This document shows positions 37,475 through 46,970 of a DNA stretch of 57,700 nt, piece after piece (the stretch's first letter is position 1; every line of letters begins with the position of its first letter). The position numbers and the translations under genes were made by a program. The notes beneath the pieces were generated by a model, which was not told the DNA's origin, did no database searches, and saw only the letters and a program-made list of their open reading frames with translations. This stretch comes from an uncultured bacterium (GTDB lineage: Bacteria; Patescibacteriota; Saccharimonadia; Saccharimonadales; OFTM59). The DNA lies in the NCBI GenBank assembly GCA_966685145.1, contig CBKXXB010000003.1:1-57700 (forward strand). The letters run 5' to 3'.

Positions 37475-37906
37475 CTACATGCCAAGATGGTGTTTGATAC
37501 GATCAACGACGTCGGCAATTACTACCTGTGATTTGACCAGATAATCGTCTACGGCCAGTTGCTGGGCCCGTTCCCTGTCGGCGTCCTGGCTAAGTGCCGT
37601 AAGCATTATGACTTTGGTGTTCGCCGTTTCCGGAGTATTGCGCAAAATATCAAGCACGTCAAAGCCGCTTACCTTCGGCATCATTACATCAAGCAGAACT
37701 AAGTCGGGCTTGAACTCGATTGCAGCAGCAAGAGCGTCTTCACCGTTGGGTACGCGCCGTACGGCAAACCCTTCAGCTTCAAGCCTCGTTATATATACGC
37801 CAGCTAGTGAATTATCATCCTCGACCAGAAGAATCTTTTTGGGGCGCGCTCCAGGAACCGTTTGTGCCTGGCTTTGCTCGTCTTGAGCTTGATTTTGCTC
37901 ATCCAT
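37475..37906 (-). CDS. Single-domain response regulator (intact receiver)
   Basis: LVEDD, VLLDVMMP, MLT and YLVK motifs; start ATG 37906. Confidence 0.92.
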   Translation of the reverse strand: MDEQNQAQDEQSQAQTVPGARPKKILLVEDDNSLAGVYITRLEAEGFAVRRVPNGEDALAAAIEFKPDLVLLDVMMPKVSGFDVLDILRNTPETANTKVIMLTALSQDADRERAQQLAVDDYLVKSQVVIADVVDRIKHHLGM

Positions 37907-37916
37907 AGTTTTTATG

Positions 37917-39539
37917 CTATGCCTTTTCTTCGGCTTTTGCAACAACCGCTTTTACGAAACCATCAAACATAGGATGAGCACGATTCGGGCGCGACTTAAA
38001 TTCCGGGTGGAACTGACTTGCTAAAAAGAACGGGTGGTTAAGCGCTTCTATCATCTCTACCAGCTGACCGTCGGGGCTTGTACCGCACGCGCGAATACCC
38101 CATTCAGCATAACGGTCGCGATAGGCGTTGCTGCACTCGTAACGATGCCGGTGTCGTTCAACGGTTTTATCCGATCGGTAAACGCGTTCTGCAAGACTGC
38201 CTTTTTCTATGTTGCAAGGATAATTCCCAAGTCGCATTGTGCCTCCGGTGTTTTCCTTGCCTTTTTGCCCGTTCATTGTATTAATGACCAGGTCCGGACT
38301 GCTTGGATCAAGCTCTGCGGAGCTTGCTTTTGAAAGCCCGCTGTTACGCGCGGCAGCTATTACGGCCATTTGAAGTCCCAAGCACAAGCCCAGGTACGGC
38401 AGATTACTCTTTAGCGCGTGCTGTGCAGCTTGAATTTTGCCCTCTAGCCCCCGAATACCAAAACCGCCGGGCACGACAATGCCGTCAACATTGGCTACGG
38501 CTTTTTCTACCAACAAATCACCGTTCTCAATGGATTCGGCATCAATCCATTCGATTTCCATAGTCACTCCGCTTCCCCACGCGGCTGCGCGCAAGGCCTC
38601 AAAGACCGACATGTAGGTATCCTGATTATCCATGTATTTGGCTACGACACCGATTTTGACTTTGGTGGCGTAAGGGGTAGTGGCTCTAGCAACCATTGTG
38701 CGCCATTCTTTTAGCGCCGGTTTCGATACTTTTAGTTTCAGTTGGTCAGCAATGACTTTAGCAATGCCGCTATCTTCTAGCGTCAGGGGTACCTCATAAA
38801 TTGAGTCGGCATTGGGCAACAAAACAATCGCTTCAGGTTTGATGCCGCTAAACAAGCTTAGCTTTTGCGTAATTGACTTAGGTGCCGGTTTTTCACTGCG
38901 GGCAACCAGCACGTCGGGCACTATACCCAGACCCCTAAGATCGCGTACCGCGTTTTGGGCAGGTTTAGTTTTTAGTTCACCGCTCGCACCAAGATACGGT
39001 AAGTACACTACGTGGACAAATAAACAGTTCTCGCGACCGACTGCAAAGGAAAGTTCGCGAATCGCCTCAATAAAGCTCAGGCCCTCGTAATCACCTACCG
39101 TGCCGCCGATTTCAACTATGTGAACCTCAAAGCCCTCAGCGGCTGCTACTATTTCTTTCTGAATAGCCGAAGTTACATGGGGAATGAACTGAACGGTTTT
39201 GCCCAGGTATTTGCCACTGCGTTCGTCTTCTATGACTTTCCTGAGGACCCGTCCGCTCATGAGAGAACTTGCCTGGGTCAGCTCCTGATCCATAAAACGC
39301 TCATAGTGGCCAAGGTCCAGGTCTGTTTCGGCACCATCCCGCGTCACGAAACATTCTCCATGCTCAGCCGGGTTGAGTGTACCGGCGTCGGTATTGAGAT
39401 AAGGATCACACTTCTGGATATTGACGTTTAGTCCACGGGCTTTGAGTATCCTGCCTATTGAGGCTGCCGTAATGCCCTTGCCTAGACCGGAAAGGACACC
39501 GCCTGTTACAAACACATATTTAGTAACCCGCTTTGGCAC
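37917..39539 (-). CDS. pyrG: CTP synthase
   Basis: VTGGVLSGLGKG, DLDLGHYERF, GLCLG, ERHRHRYE and QFHPEF motifs. Confidence 0.98.
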   Translation of the reverse strand: MPKRVTKYVFVTGGVLSGLGKGITAASIGRILKARGLNVNIQKCDPYLNTDAGTLNPAEHGECFVTRDGAETDLDLGHYERFMDQELTQASSLMSGRVLRKVIEDERSGKYLGKTVQFIPHVTSAIQKEIVAAAEGFEVHIVEIGGTVGDYEGLSFIEAIRELSFAVGRENCLFVHVVYLPYLGASGELKTKPAQNAVRDLRGLGIVPDVLVARSEKPAPKSITQKLSLFSGIKPEAIVLLPNADSIYEVPLTLEDSGIAKVIADQLKLKVSKPALKEWRTMVARATTPYATKVKIGVVAKYMDNQDTYMSVFEALRAAAWGSGVTMEIEWIDAESIENGDLLVEKAVANVDGIVVPGGFGIRGLEGKIQAAQHALKSNLPYLGLCLGLQMAVIAAARNSGLSKASSAELDPSSPDLVINTMNGQKGKENTGGTMRLGNYPCNIEKGSLAERVYRSDKTVERHRHRYECSNAYRDRYAEWGIRACGTSPDGQLVEMIEALNHPFFLASQFHPEFKSRPNRAHPMFDGFVKAVVAKAEEKA

Positions 39540-39602
39540 CTCTTATTCGCACCTCATTTTATGTTCTCTACTCTAGCACAAGAAGTTACAAATCTAAAAG
39601 AC

Positions 39603-40838
39603 TTATTTCAAAAGCTCAATAGCTTTGTCTTTTTGCGGATCACGGTCGTTCTCGAAATCTTCGTCAGTTCGTTCCACGGTCTCGTCTGGTTCAATACCTT
39701 CCTGATCAATGTTCTTGCCGCCTGGCGTATACCATCGGGCTATAGTAACCTTCAGTACGGTGTCGTCTTTGAACTCTACTAATTGTTGCACGCTTCCCTT
39801 GCCATAGGTTTTCTCACCTACGAGTGTGGCGCGATTATTATCTTTGAGTGCTCCGGCTGTGATTTCGCTGGCACTGGCGCTACCTTCGTTAATAAGTACC
39901 ACTGTAGGTACGCCGTTCAAGATCGGGTTGCCGGAGGCTCGGAAAGTCTTGACAGTTTTGCCGCCGCGCTTTTCTTCAAGGATTACCTCGCCCTTTTTAA
40001 GCCATAGCCCAGATAAATCAACAGCAGCATCAAGCAGACCGCCCGGATTGCTGCGCAGGTCAAGAACTATGCCCTTAACGGAAGCGCGTTTGAAACTCGC
40101 AGCGGCTTCACGGGCCAGCTTAGTAGTATCCGGTCCGAACCGGCTGACTTTCAAGTAGCCTATGTTGCCCGGCAGTATCTCGCTCGTAACACTCGGAATA
40201 GTAATCTGGGCACGCGTAATTTCCATGGACAGCTCCTGGGTGCCGCCGCGTATTACAGTTAGGGTAACTTTTGTGCCTACCGGTCCCCGGATTTTGTTGA
40301 CCGCTTCGGTAACCGACAAGTTATATGTACTCTCACCGTTGATCTCGGCGACAATATCTTTGGGCCGTAAACCGGCTTTCTCTGCCGGATAGCCGTCTAT
40401 TGGGGCCACTATAACAATAGCCTCCTTTTCCTTGCTAAGCTCTGCTCCTATACCGCTAAAGCTGCCCGACAATTCTTCGTCAAAACTTTCGGCTTCTTCG
40501 GCATTAAGAAACTCGGTATACGGATCGCCACTGGCTTGTGCCAGCCCCTCTTTTAGGCCATCAAGTAACGTATCGGCATCTAAGTCGCCTTCATAATTAA
40601 GCCGGAGCGAGTCATATACTTGTTCAACGGAAGAGTAATCAAGATTGTCAGGCAGACTGTTCTGCACGTTGAGGCGTCTGTCTTGCAGCTTAATAAACGA
40701 CAGGTCGCCCCCGCCGGTTATGTAGCCCAGGATGAACACCAGCCCGAAGCTTAGCAGCACTAACAGGAACTTGGCGTACAAACGGCCAAATATTCTGCGT
40801 GATCCACTCACCTTTTTCTCTCTATTTCCAGCAAGCAC
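39603..40838 (-). CDS. ctpA: S41 carboxy-terminal processing protease
   Basis: DPYT, PDZ (SGIGAE), LDLRSNPGG, SASASE and TYGKG motifs. Confidence 0.95.
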   Translation of the reverse strand: MLAGNREKKVSGSRRIFGRLYAKFLLVLLSFGLVFILGYITGGGDLSFIKLQDRRLNVQNSLPDNLDYSSVEQVYDSLRLNYEGDLDADTLLDGLKEGLAQASGDPYTEFLNAEEAESFDEELSGSFSGIGAELSKEKEAIVIVAPIDGYPAEKAGLRPKDIVAEINGESTYNLSVTEAVNKIRGPVGTKVTLTVIRGGTQELSMEITRAQITIPSVTSEILPGNIGYLKVSRFGPDTTKLAREAAASFKRASVKGIVLDLRSNPGGLLDAAVDLSGLWLKKGEVILEEKRGGKTVKTFRASGNPILNGVPTVVLINEGSASASEITAGALKDNNRATLVGEKTYGKGSVQQLVEFKDDTVLKVTIARWYTPGGKNIDQEGIEPDETVERTDEDFENDRDPQKDKAIELLK

Positions 40839-40890
40839 GTACTACATTATCGCACAAAAACGCTGGCGCCCCCACCTTGTTTACGGCAAT

Positions 40891-42057
40891 TTAGAAGTAT
40901 ACGAAGGTAAGGCCACGCGGGCTTACCGTATTGATATCGTATTTGCCTGTTCCTGCGCGGTTATAGTCGCTTACTACGATGGTGCCGTCACTATTCACCT
41001 CTTCAACGTACATGACGTGTCCGTAAAATCCTGAGTTACTGACAGCTGCTGCGCCCTTGCGCGGCGCACTGCCAACACCGTAGCCATAGGAAGGTGCACG
41101 GTCATCCCAAGTTTTAGCGTTGCCTAGACCTGCCGGAGCAAAGCCTTTGTCGATTTTCACCCGCCAGGCTACCCAGTCGGTACAGTTACGGAAAGCGTAA
41201 CCGCCGGTCTGCCAGTTATGGTAAGAGCCCCTGTAACCCCATTCAAATGTACCGCACCAACCGTCGACTTGTCCGGTAGCCAGACAACGCGCATCACCCC
41301 AAGGGTAGCCGCCGCCGCCAAGCACGCCATTGCCGCCGCCGAACAGACGAATGTTCTCAAGAGCCTGCTCCCGCCTTAGGTCGGCGATTTTTTTGTTATT
41401 TTCCTTGATCCGACTGTTAAAGTTAGCCCGCTCGGCCTGGTTAAGGCTTAGCAGACGATCCTGTTCCGCCTTGTTAGCAGCCACTTGCGCGCGCAAGTTT
41501 TGGTCTTCGCGGATCAAACGCTCGACCTCTTCTTTTTGAGCTTTTAGCTCCAGACGAAGCTGCGTAATTTTATCTACCTGCGCTTTGATCTTAGCACTCA
41601 CAATTTCACGGTACTGTTGTTTGTCTACGAAGTGGCTGAGGTCTTTGCTGGTCGCCAGCATTTCAACGGTGCTTATGTCGCCTTCGAGATACATTGCCTT
41701 GATGTTCTGTCCCAAAAGACTCTTTTGCCTGGCGAGCTCAATCTCGGCCTCTTTGATCTTTTTCTGGAGTTCATTGCTTTTAGCCTGGTTAGCTGCAATC
41801 TGAGCCTGAAGCCCGTCAATCTGCGCCTGCATTTGTTGTATGGCAGCTTCCAAACTGTCTGCCTGCAGTTCGAGTGCATTTACCTTGACCTGAACTTCGT
41901 TATTCTGCTGTCTCAGCTCGTTAATCTTCTGATCGAACCTATCAGCTCTGGCCATAGGTACCAAAAACATAGAAAATGACGTCACGACCGCAACCGAAAG
42001 TATGGTCAAACCACGCGACGTACTAAGTGTTCTATTTTTCAGTTTTTGTTTTAGCAT
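40891..42057 (-). CDS. Coiled-coil CHAP-domain peptidoglycan hydrolase (PcsB/CwlO-like)
   Basis: Signal peptide, long coiled coil, NCTDWV...GNA..W...YGHVMYVE...SDYN; lies after ftsX. Confidence 0.9.
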   Translation of the reverse strand: MLKQKLKNRTLSTSRGLTILSVAVVTSFSMFLVPMARADRFDQKINELRQQNNEVQVKVNALELQADSLEAAIQQMQAQIDGLQAQIAANQAKSNELQKKIKEAEIELARQKSLLGQNIKAMYLEGDISTVEMLATSKDLSHFVDKQQYREIVSAKIKAQVDKITQLRLELKAQKEEVERLIREDQNLRAQVAANKAEQDRLLSLNQAERANFNSRIKENNKKIADLRREQALENIRLFGGGNGVLGGGGYPWGDARCLATGQVDGWCGTFEWGYRGSYHNWQTGGYAFRNCTDWVAWRVKIDKGFAPAGLGNAKTWDDRAPSYGYGVGSAPRKGAAAVSNSGFYGHVMYVEEVNSDGTIVVSDYNRAGTGKYDINTVSPRGLTFVYF

Positions 42058-42136
42058 AGCCTTGTTAATAATAGCATACATTGGTTAGTTATTCAATTCC
42101 CTCTGGGTCTTTAAATGTTTACGTTAAAAGTGCAAT

Positions 42137-42188
42137 AAAAAACGGCCAGCATGTCACCCTATCGCTTAGGCGAAGGTGATTTTAGGCC
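42137..42188 (-). terminator. Terminator-like hairpin after ftsX
   Basis: GGCC..TCACC-TCGC/GCGA-GGTGA..GGCC followed by GTTTTTT. Confidence 0.5.
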
Positions 42189-42261
42189 TCATAAATCTAG
42201 TTGTATGTCTTAATCTAAAGTACCCTCCGGTTTAAATAATTGTTGTTGTATTAAGAGATAT

Positions 42262-43221
42262 TTATTTAGACGTCTTGAATTTTAGGTATCGCCGTGTAGC
42301 AACAAAGGACGATGCGGCACCAATGAGTATACCTATTCCCAGCTGCATGGTCAAAATTAACCAAAAGCGCTTATTAAAGTAATCGTTGGCGTAATTAATG
42401 TCAAGTAGCCCCAAGCTGTTTGCATCCAGAGTCGAAGACGCGAGCACGAAGAGCGAATTACATATGGAGACTGAGACGATGGCCGATACAACGCCGTACA
42501 ATACCGTTTCAACGATAAACGGTCCGCGAATGTACCAAGTGCTGGCGCCCAATAAGCGCATAATCTGCAGTTCGTCGCGCCTGTTAAAGATGGCCATTTG
42601 GATAGTATTAAAGATAATCAGTACCGAGACTATAGCGAACACGATTACCGCCAGAAGACCTAAGCGCTGCAAAAGCTTGGTGGTGCGCGTTATGTTGTCA
42701 ATCGCATCCTTACGCGTCCCTGAGTATGATGTTTCTTCGGCTTGAAGCTCTTTGATTTCGGGACGCTCCACGAACGCTTTAATATCTTCAATCTTGTTGA
42801 CGTCGTGCGGCTTAATGCGCAATGACGCCGGCAACTCGTTGTCCGCCTGCGAAACCGCAAGCAGCAGGTCGATATCATTCTCATTGTCTTCTTTGAAGTC
42901 TTCAAGCGCTTGATCTTTGGACACGTATTCCACCGATTTAACGTTAGGTATGCTCTTGACTTCGTTAATCAATTCATTGCGGCGCTCTTCATCAACCGAA
43001 TCTTTCAAATAAACAGAAATATCAATCTTGTCAGTGAGCTGGTTAATCGTATTATTGAAAGCCGCGTTTGCGATTATTGAAAATAAGATGATCCCCAGAG
43101 TGATGATCATGACGGCAATGGCCGCTATCGATAGCCAGGCATTTCGTATAAAATTCTGACCGCCGGTCTTAAGTATTCGAAGGAAAGTTATCCAGCGATG
43201 GCTGCCTTGTTGTTTAGCCAT
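42262..43221 (-). CDS. ftsX: Cell division permease FtsX
   Basis: RNAWLS, ISVYL and FNTIQMAIFNRRDELQIMRLLGAS..YIRGPF motifs; start ATG 43221. Confidence 0.95.
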   Translation of the reverse strand: MAKQQGSHRWITFLRILKTGGQNFIRNAWLSIAAIAVMIITLGIILFSIIANAAFNNTINQLTDKIDISVYLKDSVDEERRNELINEVKSIPNVKSVEYVSKDQALEDFKEDNENDIDLLLAVSQADNELPASLRIKPHDVNKIEDIKAFVERPEIKELQAEETSYSGTRKDAIDNITRTTKLLQRLGLLAVIVFAIVSVLIIFNTIQMAIFNRRDELQIMRLLGASTWYIRGPFIVETVLYGVVSAIVSVSICNSLFVLASSTLDANSLGLLDINYANDYFNKRFWLILTMQLGIGILIGAASSFVATRRYLKFKTSK

Positions 43222-43222
43222 G

Positions 43223-43915
43223 TTACTTAAGGTCCTGGGTATTATATTGGGCATTAGCACGGTCGCTGACAACCCGGCCATCACTGATGGTTACAACACG
43301 GCGTTTTAGACGGTTAACGATATCTTGATTGTGGGTAGTTAAGAGAACCGTCGTGCCGTAGCGGTTGATCTTTTCAAGAATTTTGATAATTTCCCAAGCA
43401 TACTTTGGGTCAAGATTACCGGTTGGCTCATCGGCAATTAAAATTTTAGGCTGACGCACTACCGCTCTGGCGATAGCCACGCGCTGACGTTCACCGCCTG
43501 AGAGTTCATTGGCCATACGCTTTTCTTTGCCCTTTAGGCCGACAATCTCAAGTACCTTAGGTACAGTATGATTAATCTCGCGATTACCGTAGCCTACAAT
43601 TTCAAGTGCAAAGGCCACGTTCTCGAATACGTTTTTGTTAGGCAAAAGTTTGAAGTCCTGAAATACCACGCCAATTTTGCGGCGCACCAGCGGGATATCC
43701 TTGTCACGAAGCTTGTCATAGTCAAGCCCGCCTACCACGATTTTGCCGGAAGTAGGCTTTTCTTCCTTGGTAAGAAGTTTTAGCAGCGTCGATTTACCGG
43801 CACCTGAGGTGCCAATAATGATCACAAATTCCCGAGGTTCTACGTGTAAACTAACCCGGTCCAGTGCTGTGTTGGTGCGGCCATAGACCTTTGTTACCCT
43901 GTCCAGTAATATCAC
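43223..43915 (-). CDS. ftsE: Cell division ATP-binding protein FtsE
   Basis: GTSGAGKST, VFQDFKLL, LSGGE and ADEPTGNLD motifs. Confidence 0.97.
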   Translation of the reverse strand: MILLDRVTKVYGRTNTALDRVSLHVEPREFVIIIGTSGAGKSTLLKLLTKEEKPTSGKIVVGGLDYDKLRDKDIPLVRRKIGVVFQDFKLLPNKNVFENVAFALEIVGYGNREINHTVPKVLEIVGLKGKEKRMANELSGGERQRVAIARAVVRQPKILIADEPTGNLDPKYAWEIIKILEKINRYGTTVLLTTHNQDIVNRLKRRVVTISDGRVVSDRANAQYNTQDLK

Positions 43916-43959
43916 TCGGCTATTATAGCAAATCCGGTGACAGCAGAATCAAACGACAA

Positions 43960-44766
43960 TTACAAAGCTGTTGATTCCGGCGATGATGGAGTCGTTGTAG
44001 GACCAGCAGCAGGAGGTAAGGTGCTATTTGTGCTCGGCGTCGTAGTGGTGCTGGTTGTCGTAGTGCCGCCATACCCGCTCTCAAAAGAAGTGGTTGTCGT
44101 AGGTACAGCTGTTTCCTTTGAAGCAATTGGTGTTGGCACGGCTGTTTCTACGGAAGGAGGCATTGTCGTAGTTGTGGACGCAGGCAAAGTCGTTGATTCT
44201 GAAGCCGTAGTCGTAGGCAATGAAGCACCTTGTTCTTCCGGTGTTGCTGGAGCCTCTGCGGGAACCTTGGACTCGACAGGAGGCATGCTGCCTGGTGCCG
44301 GCCACGGTTCTAGTGTTACAGAACTAGGCGCGGTTGATTCGGTTGAAGGCGGAGTGCCTGCACTTGCTACTTCACCACCCATTAAAGGAGCCGATGCGGT
44401 TGCGGGCTCGGGAACCACAGAAGCTTCGCCGCCGACCGCTGGTACTGGTGCAGACTGTTCAGGCGCAACTGGCTCAGGAGCAACTACTGTTTGAGAAGCC
44501 GCAAGAAAACTTTCAGAAGGTTGTATAACTGGGGCTTTGGGAGTGCTCTCTACTGGCTGTTCTGCCGGTGGAGTAACGACCGGAGCTTCAACTACCTCAG
44601 CCTGGCTCTGGTCCGTGTTCGAAAGCTCTGGTACTTCAGCTGCCGGTAAACCGGGCAGCTCGAATCCAGCTGATACTTCCACAGAAGCCGGGCTTGAAGG
44701 TACGGCATCAGGAGTCGATGGTTCTTCCTGAGGAGCTACGGGCTCACCAGTAGTTGATGGGTTCAT
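43960..44766 (-). CDS. Low-complexity P/S/T/E/A-rich, probably disordered protein
   Basis: 268-aa ORF with AAGGA SD and an upstream TGATATAGT -10; no TM or signal peptide. Confidence 0.7.
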   Translation of the reverse strand: MNPSTTGEPVAPQEEPSTPDAVPSSPASVEVSAGFELPGLPAAEVPELSNTDQSQAEVVEAPVVTPPAEQPVESTPKAPVIQPSESFLAASQTVVAPEPVAPEQSAPVPAVGGEASVVPEPATASAPLMGGEVASAGTPPSTESTAPSSVTLEPWPAPGSMPPVESKVPAEAPATPEEQGASLPTTTASESTTLPASTTTTMPPSVETAVPTPIASKETAVPTTTTSFESGYGGTTTTSTTTTPSTNSTLPPAAGPTTTPSSPESTAL

Positions 44767-44823
44767 AATTTTTTCCTTTTTTATATTTATTTTTGGAACG
44801 TTAGTCGTACTATATCAAAACAC

Positions 44824-45924
44824 TTATGTTTTGTCAATTTCCTGTCCGAGATTTTGTTCCAAATAAGCGTCAATGAAACCGTTTAAGTCACCGTCCAGTA
44901 CGCCTTCTGTATTACTTGTCTCAAAGCGGGTACGTAAGTCTTTCACTTGTTTATATGGATGTAATACATAAGAGCGGATTTGGTTTCCCCACTCGGCTGA
45001 TTGGTTAGGACCCTTTATCCCAGTTAAGTGCTGAGCATGCTGCTCCAGCTGTATTTGCGCCAGCCGCGAACGTAAAATCGTAAGAGCGGTTTCCTTATTT
45101 TGAAGTTGTGAACGCTCATTCTGAATGGCTACGCTTATACCCGTGGGTATGTGAGTCAAGCGTACCGCAGAGTCAGTGGTGTTTACGCTTTGGCCGCCAT
45201 GGCCGCCACTACGGTACACGTCAATTTTCAGATCTTTATCGTCGATAACGATAGTATCGGGTGCCTCAATTTTAGGCAGAACTTCCACCTTAGCGAAACT
45301 GGTTTGCCTCAAATTGTCGGCGTTGAACGGGCTGAGCCGCACCAATCTGTGAACGCCATGTTCGCCCTTGAGCTTGCCGTAGACGAACTCTCCGACAATT
45401 TCAAGGGTCGCGCTTTTCAGTCCGGCTTCTTCTCCTGCGGATTCTTCAATCATCTTTACGCTAAGGCCGCTGGATTCAGCCCATCGGGAATACATCCTAA
45501 GCAGCATCTGTGCCCAGTCCTGGGCGTCCGTACCGCCCGCACCAGCATGTATGCTGATGATTGCATCATGGTCATCATAAGGACCGCTTAGTTTCAGCTG
45601 AGACTTGAGCGATGCGAGGCGTTGCTCGAGCGCGGCCAGTTGTTTTTCCAGGTCCTCTTTGAGGCTGGCGTCTCCGAGCGCTATAAGTTCATTTATGTCA
45701 CGGCTCTCACGCTCGAGCTCACGCCATGGCTGCACTCGGCGTTCAAGCCGTGATTGCCGCTTAACCACTTCCTGGGCCCGAGCGTTGTCTTGCCAGAAAT
45801 CGGGTGCAGCTGCCTGCTCACGTAAACTTAATAGCTCTTGCTCGGCTGTCACTATATCCAACTGGGCAGTGGCTTCTTCTGTGTCGTATAGCAATATGCG
45901 GGCACGCTCTTTAATGTCTTCCAT
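44824..45924 (-). CDS. prfB: Peptide chain release factor 2 (single uninterrupted frame)
   Basis: SPF and GGQ motifs; GEHGVHRLVR; WGNQIRSY. Confidence 0.97.
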   Translation of the reverse strand: MEDIKERARILLYDTEEATAQLDIVTAEQELLSLREQAAAPDFWQDNARAQEVVKRQSRLERRVQPWRELERESRDINELIALGDASLKEDLEKQLAALEQRLASLKSQLKLSGPYDDHDAIISIHAGAGGTDAQDWAQMLLRMYSRWAESSGLSVKMIEESAGEEAGLKSATLEIVGEFVYGKLKGEHGVHRLVRLSPFNADNLRQTSFAKVEVLPKIEAPDTIVIDDKDLKIDVYRSGGHGGQSVNTTDSAVRLTHIPTGISVAIQNERSQLQNKETALTILRSRLAQIQLEQHAQHLTGIKGPNQSAEWGNQIRSYVLHPYKQVKDLRTRFETSNTEGVLDGDLNGFIDAYLEQNLGQEIDKT

Positions 45925-45955
45925 TAAATCAATTATACGTGATGACTGTTCAGAT

Positions 45956-46906
45956 CTATTCGGTAAGTGTAAGTGAGCTTACAATCTTGTTGGCGGCTTT
46001 GGCCAGGTCCGTGTCCTCAAGATGTGCAGCCACACCAGCTACATACACGGCTTTGTCGCCGACAACAATAATCATTTCCAGCTTGGCTTTTTTGCCGTCT
46101 TTGCTCAGATCGGCTGTAACCCTGATGGCATCTTTTTCGCGATGTATTATCTTTTGACTGGAGACGTTATCAACCTTTTCGCCGCTCTCACCAGCTTGTC
46201 GTATTAGTTCTGGAAGTTGTTTTTCAAACAGGTCCAGAAGTTGCTGTTTTTGTTCTTCGCTAGGAGTAGTCGGGTATTGTTGAGCCAAGGCAAGCACAAA
46301 TGATCTCGTCTCTTCTTCACCATCCTTTTCTTGGAATTTAGTACCGGAATCATCTTCTACGCGCTCATAGTCTTTTGGGACCTGTAGATTAAATCCTTCG
46401 CCCTCGTAAGTTGTAAATTTTATGCCGCCAAAAACCTTTGTATAACCAAATATGACTGCAAGCAAAAGTACTAATATGGCCAAAATAATAGCGATAATTT
46501 TGACAGGCTTCTTGCTCTTAGCCGGCTTTTGCGCAAAAGCCGAGGCAGGAATAGGTCCTGCCGGAAATGAACTAGGAGCACCGGTAGAAGCGGGATCGGT
46601 GGGCGGCTGAGGAGGCTGGTCTGCACCAACAGAAGCTGGGGGAGCAGAAGGCTGTGCGTTAAACGGACCTGATTGGGGCATTGGTGCATCTGATTCCGGT
46701 GGCGTGGTCGGCTGCGATCCGTATGGAGCCGGCTGGCCAAGAGCCCCTGCCTCAATTGCAGGAGGAACGGGTAAAGCATTTTGATTTTCATTATTCTGCT
46801 GCGGCTCTGGCGAAACCGCGGGTACGTCCCCAGGTACTACAGGCTGCGACGAAGCCCCCTGGCCGCCCGTCGGCAATGACTCATCTTCTGGCTGCGACGG
46901 ATTCAT
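45956..46906 (-). CDS. Membrane-anchored protein: Pro-rich N-terminus, TM, PsbP-like domain
   Basis: About 130 aa P/Q/A-rich, KKPVK + TM, FNLQVPKDY, terminal IVSSLTL. Confidence 0.7.
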   Translation of the reverse strand: MNPSQPEDESLPTGGQGASSQPVVPGDVPAVSPEPQQNNENQNALPVPPAIEAGALGQPAPYGSQPTTPPESDAPMPQSGPFNAQPSAPPASVGADQPPQPPTDPASTGAPSSFPAGPIPASAFAQKPAKSKKPVKIIAIILAILVLLLAVIFGYTKVFGGIKFTTYEGEGFNLQVPKDYERVEDDSGTKFQEKDGEEETRSFVLALAQQYPTTPSEEQKQQLLDLFEKQLPELIRQAGESGEKVDNVSSQKIIHREKDAIRVTADLSKDGKKAKLEMIIVVGDKAVYVAGVAAHLEDTDLAKAANKIVSSLTLTE

Positions 46907-46970
46907 AACACCCCATCATCTACGTTAATCTTAGCGTCAAGTATAAAAGGGCGGCAGGATAAACACAAGC

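Noticed and set aside
43937-44494. 185-aa V/G-rich plus-strand ORF
   Set aside because: Antisense shadow of the P/T/S-rich gene, which has the promoter and SD
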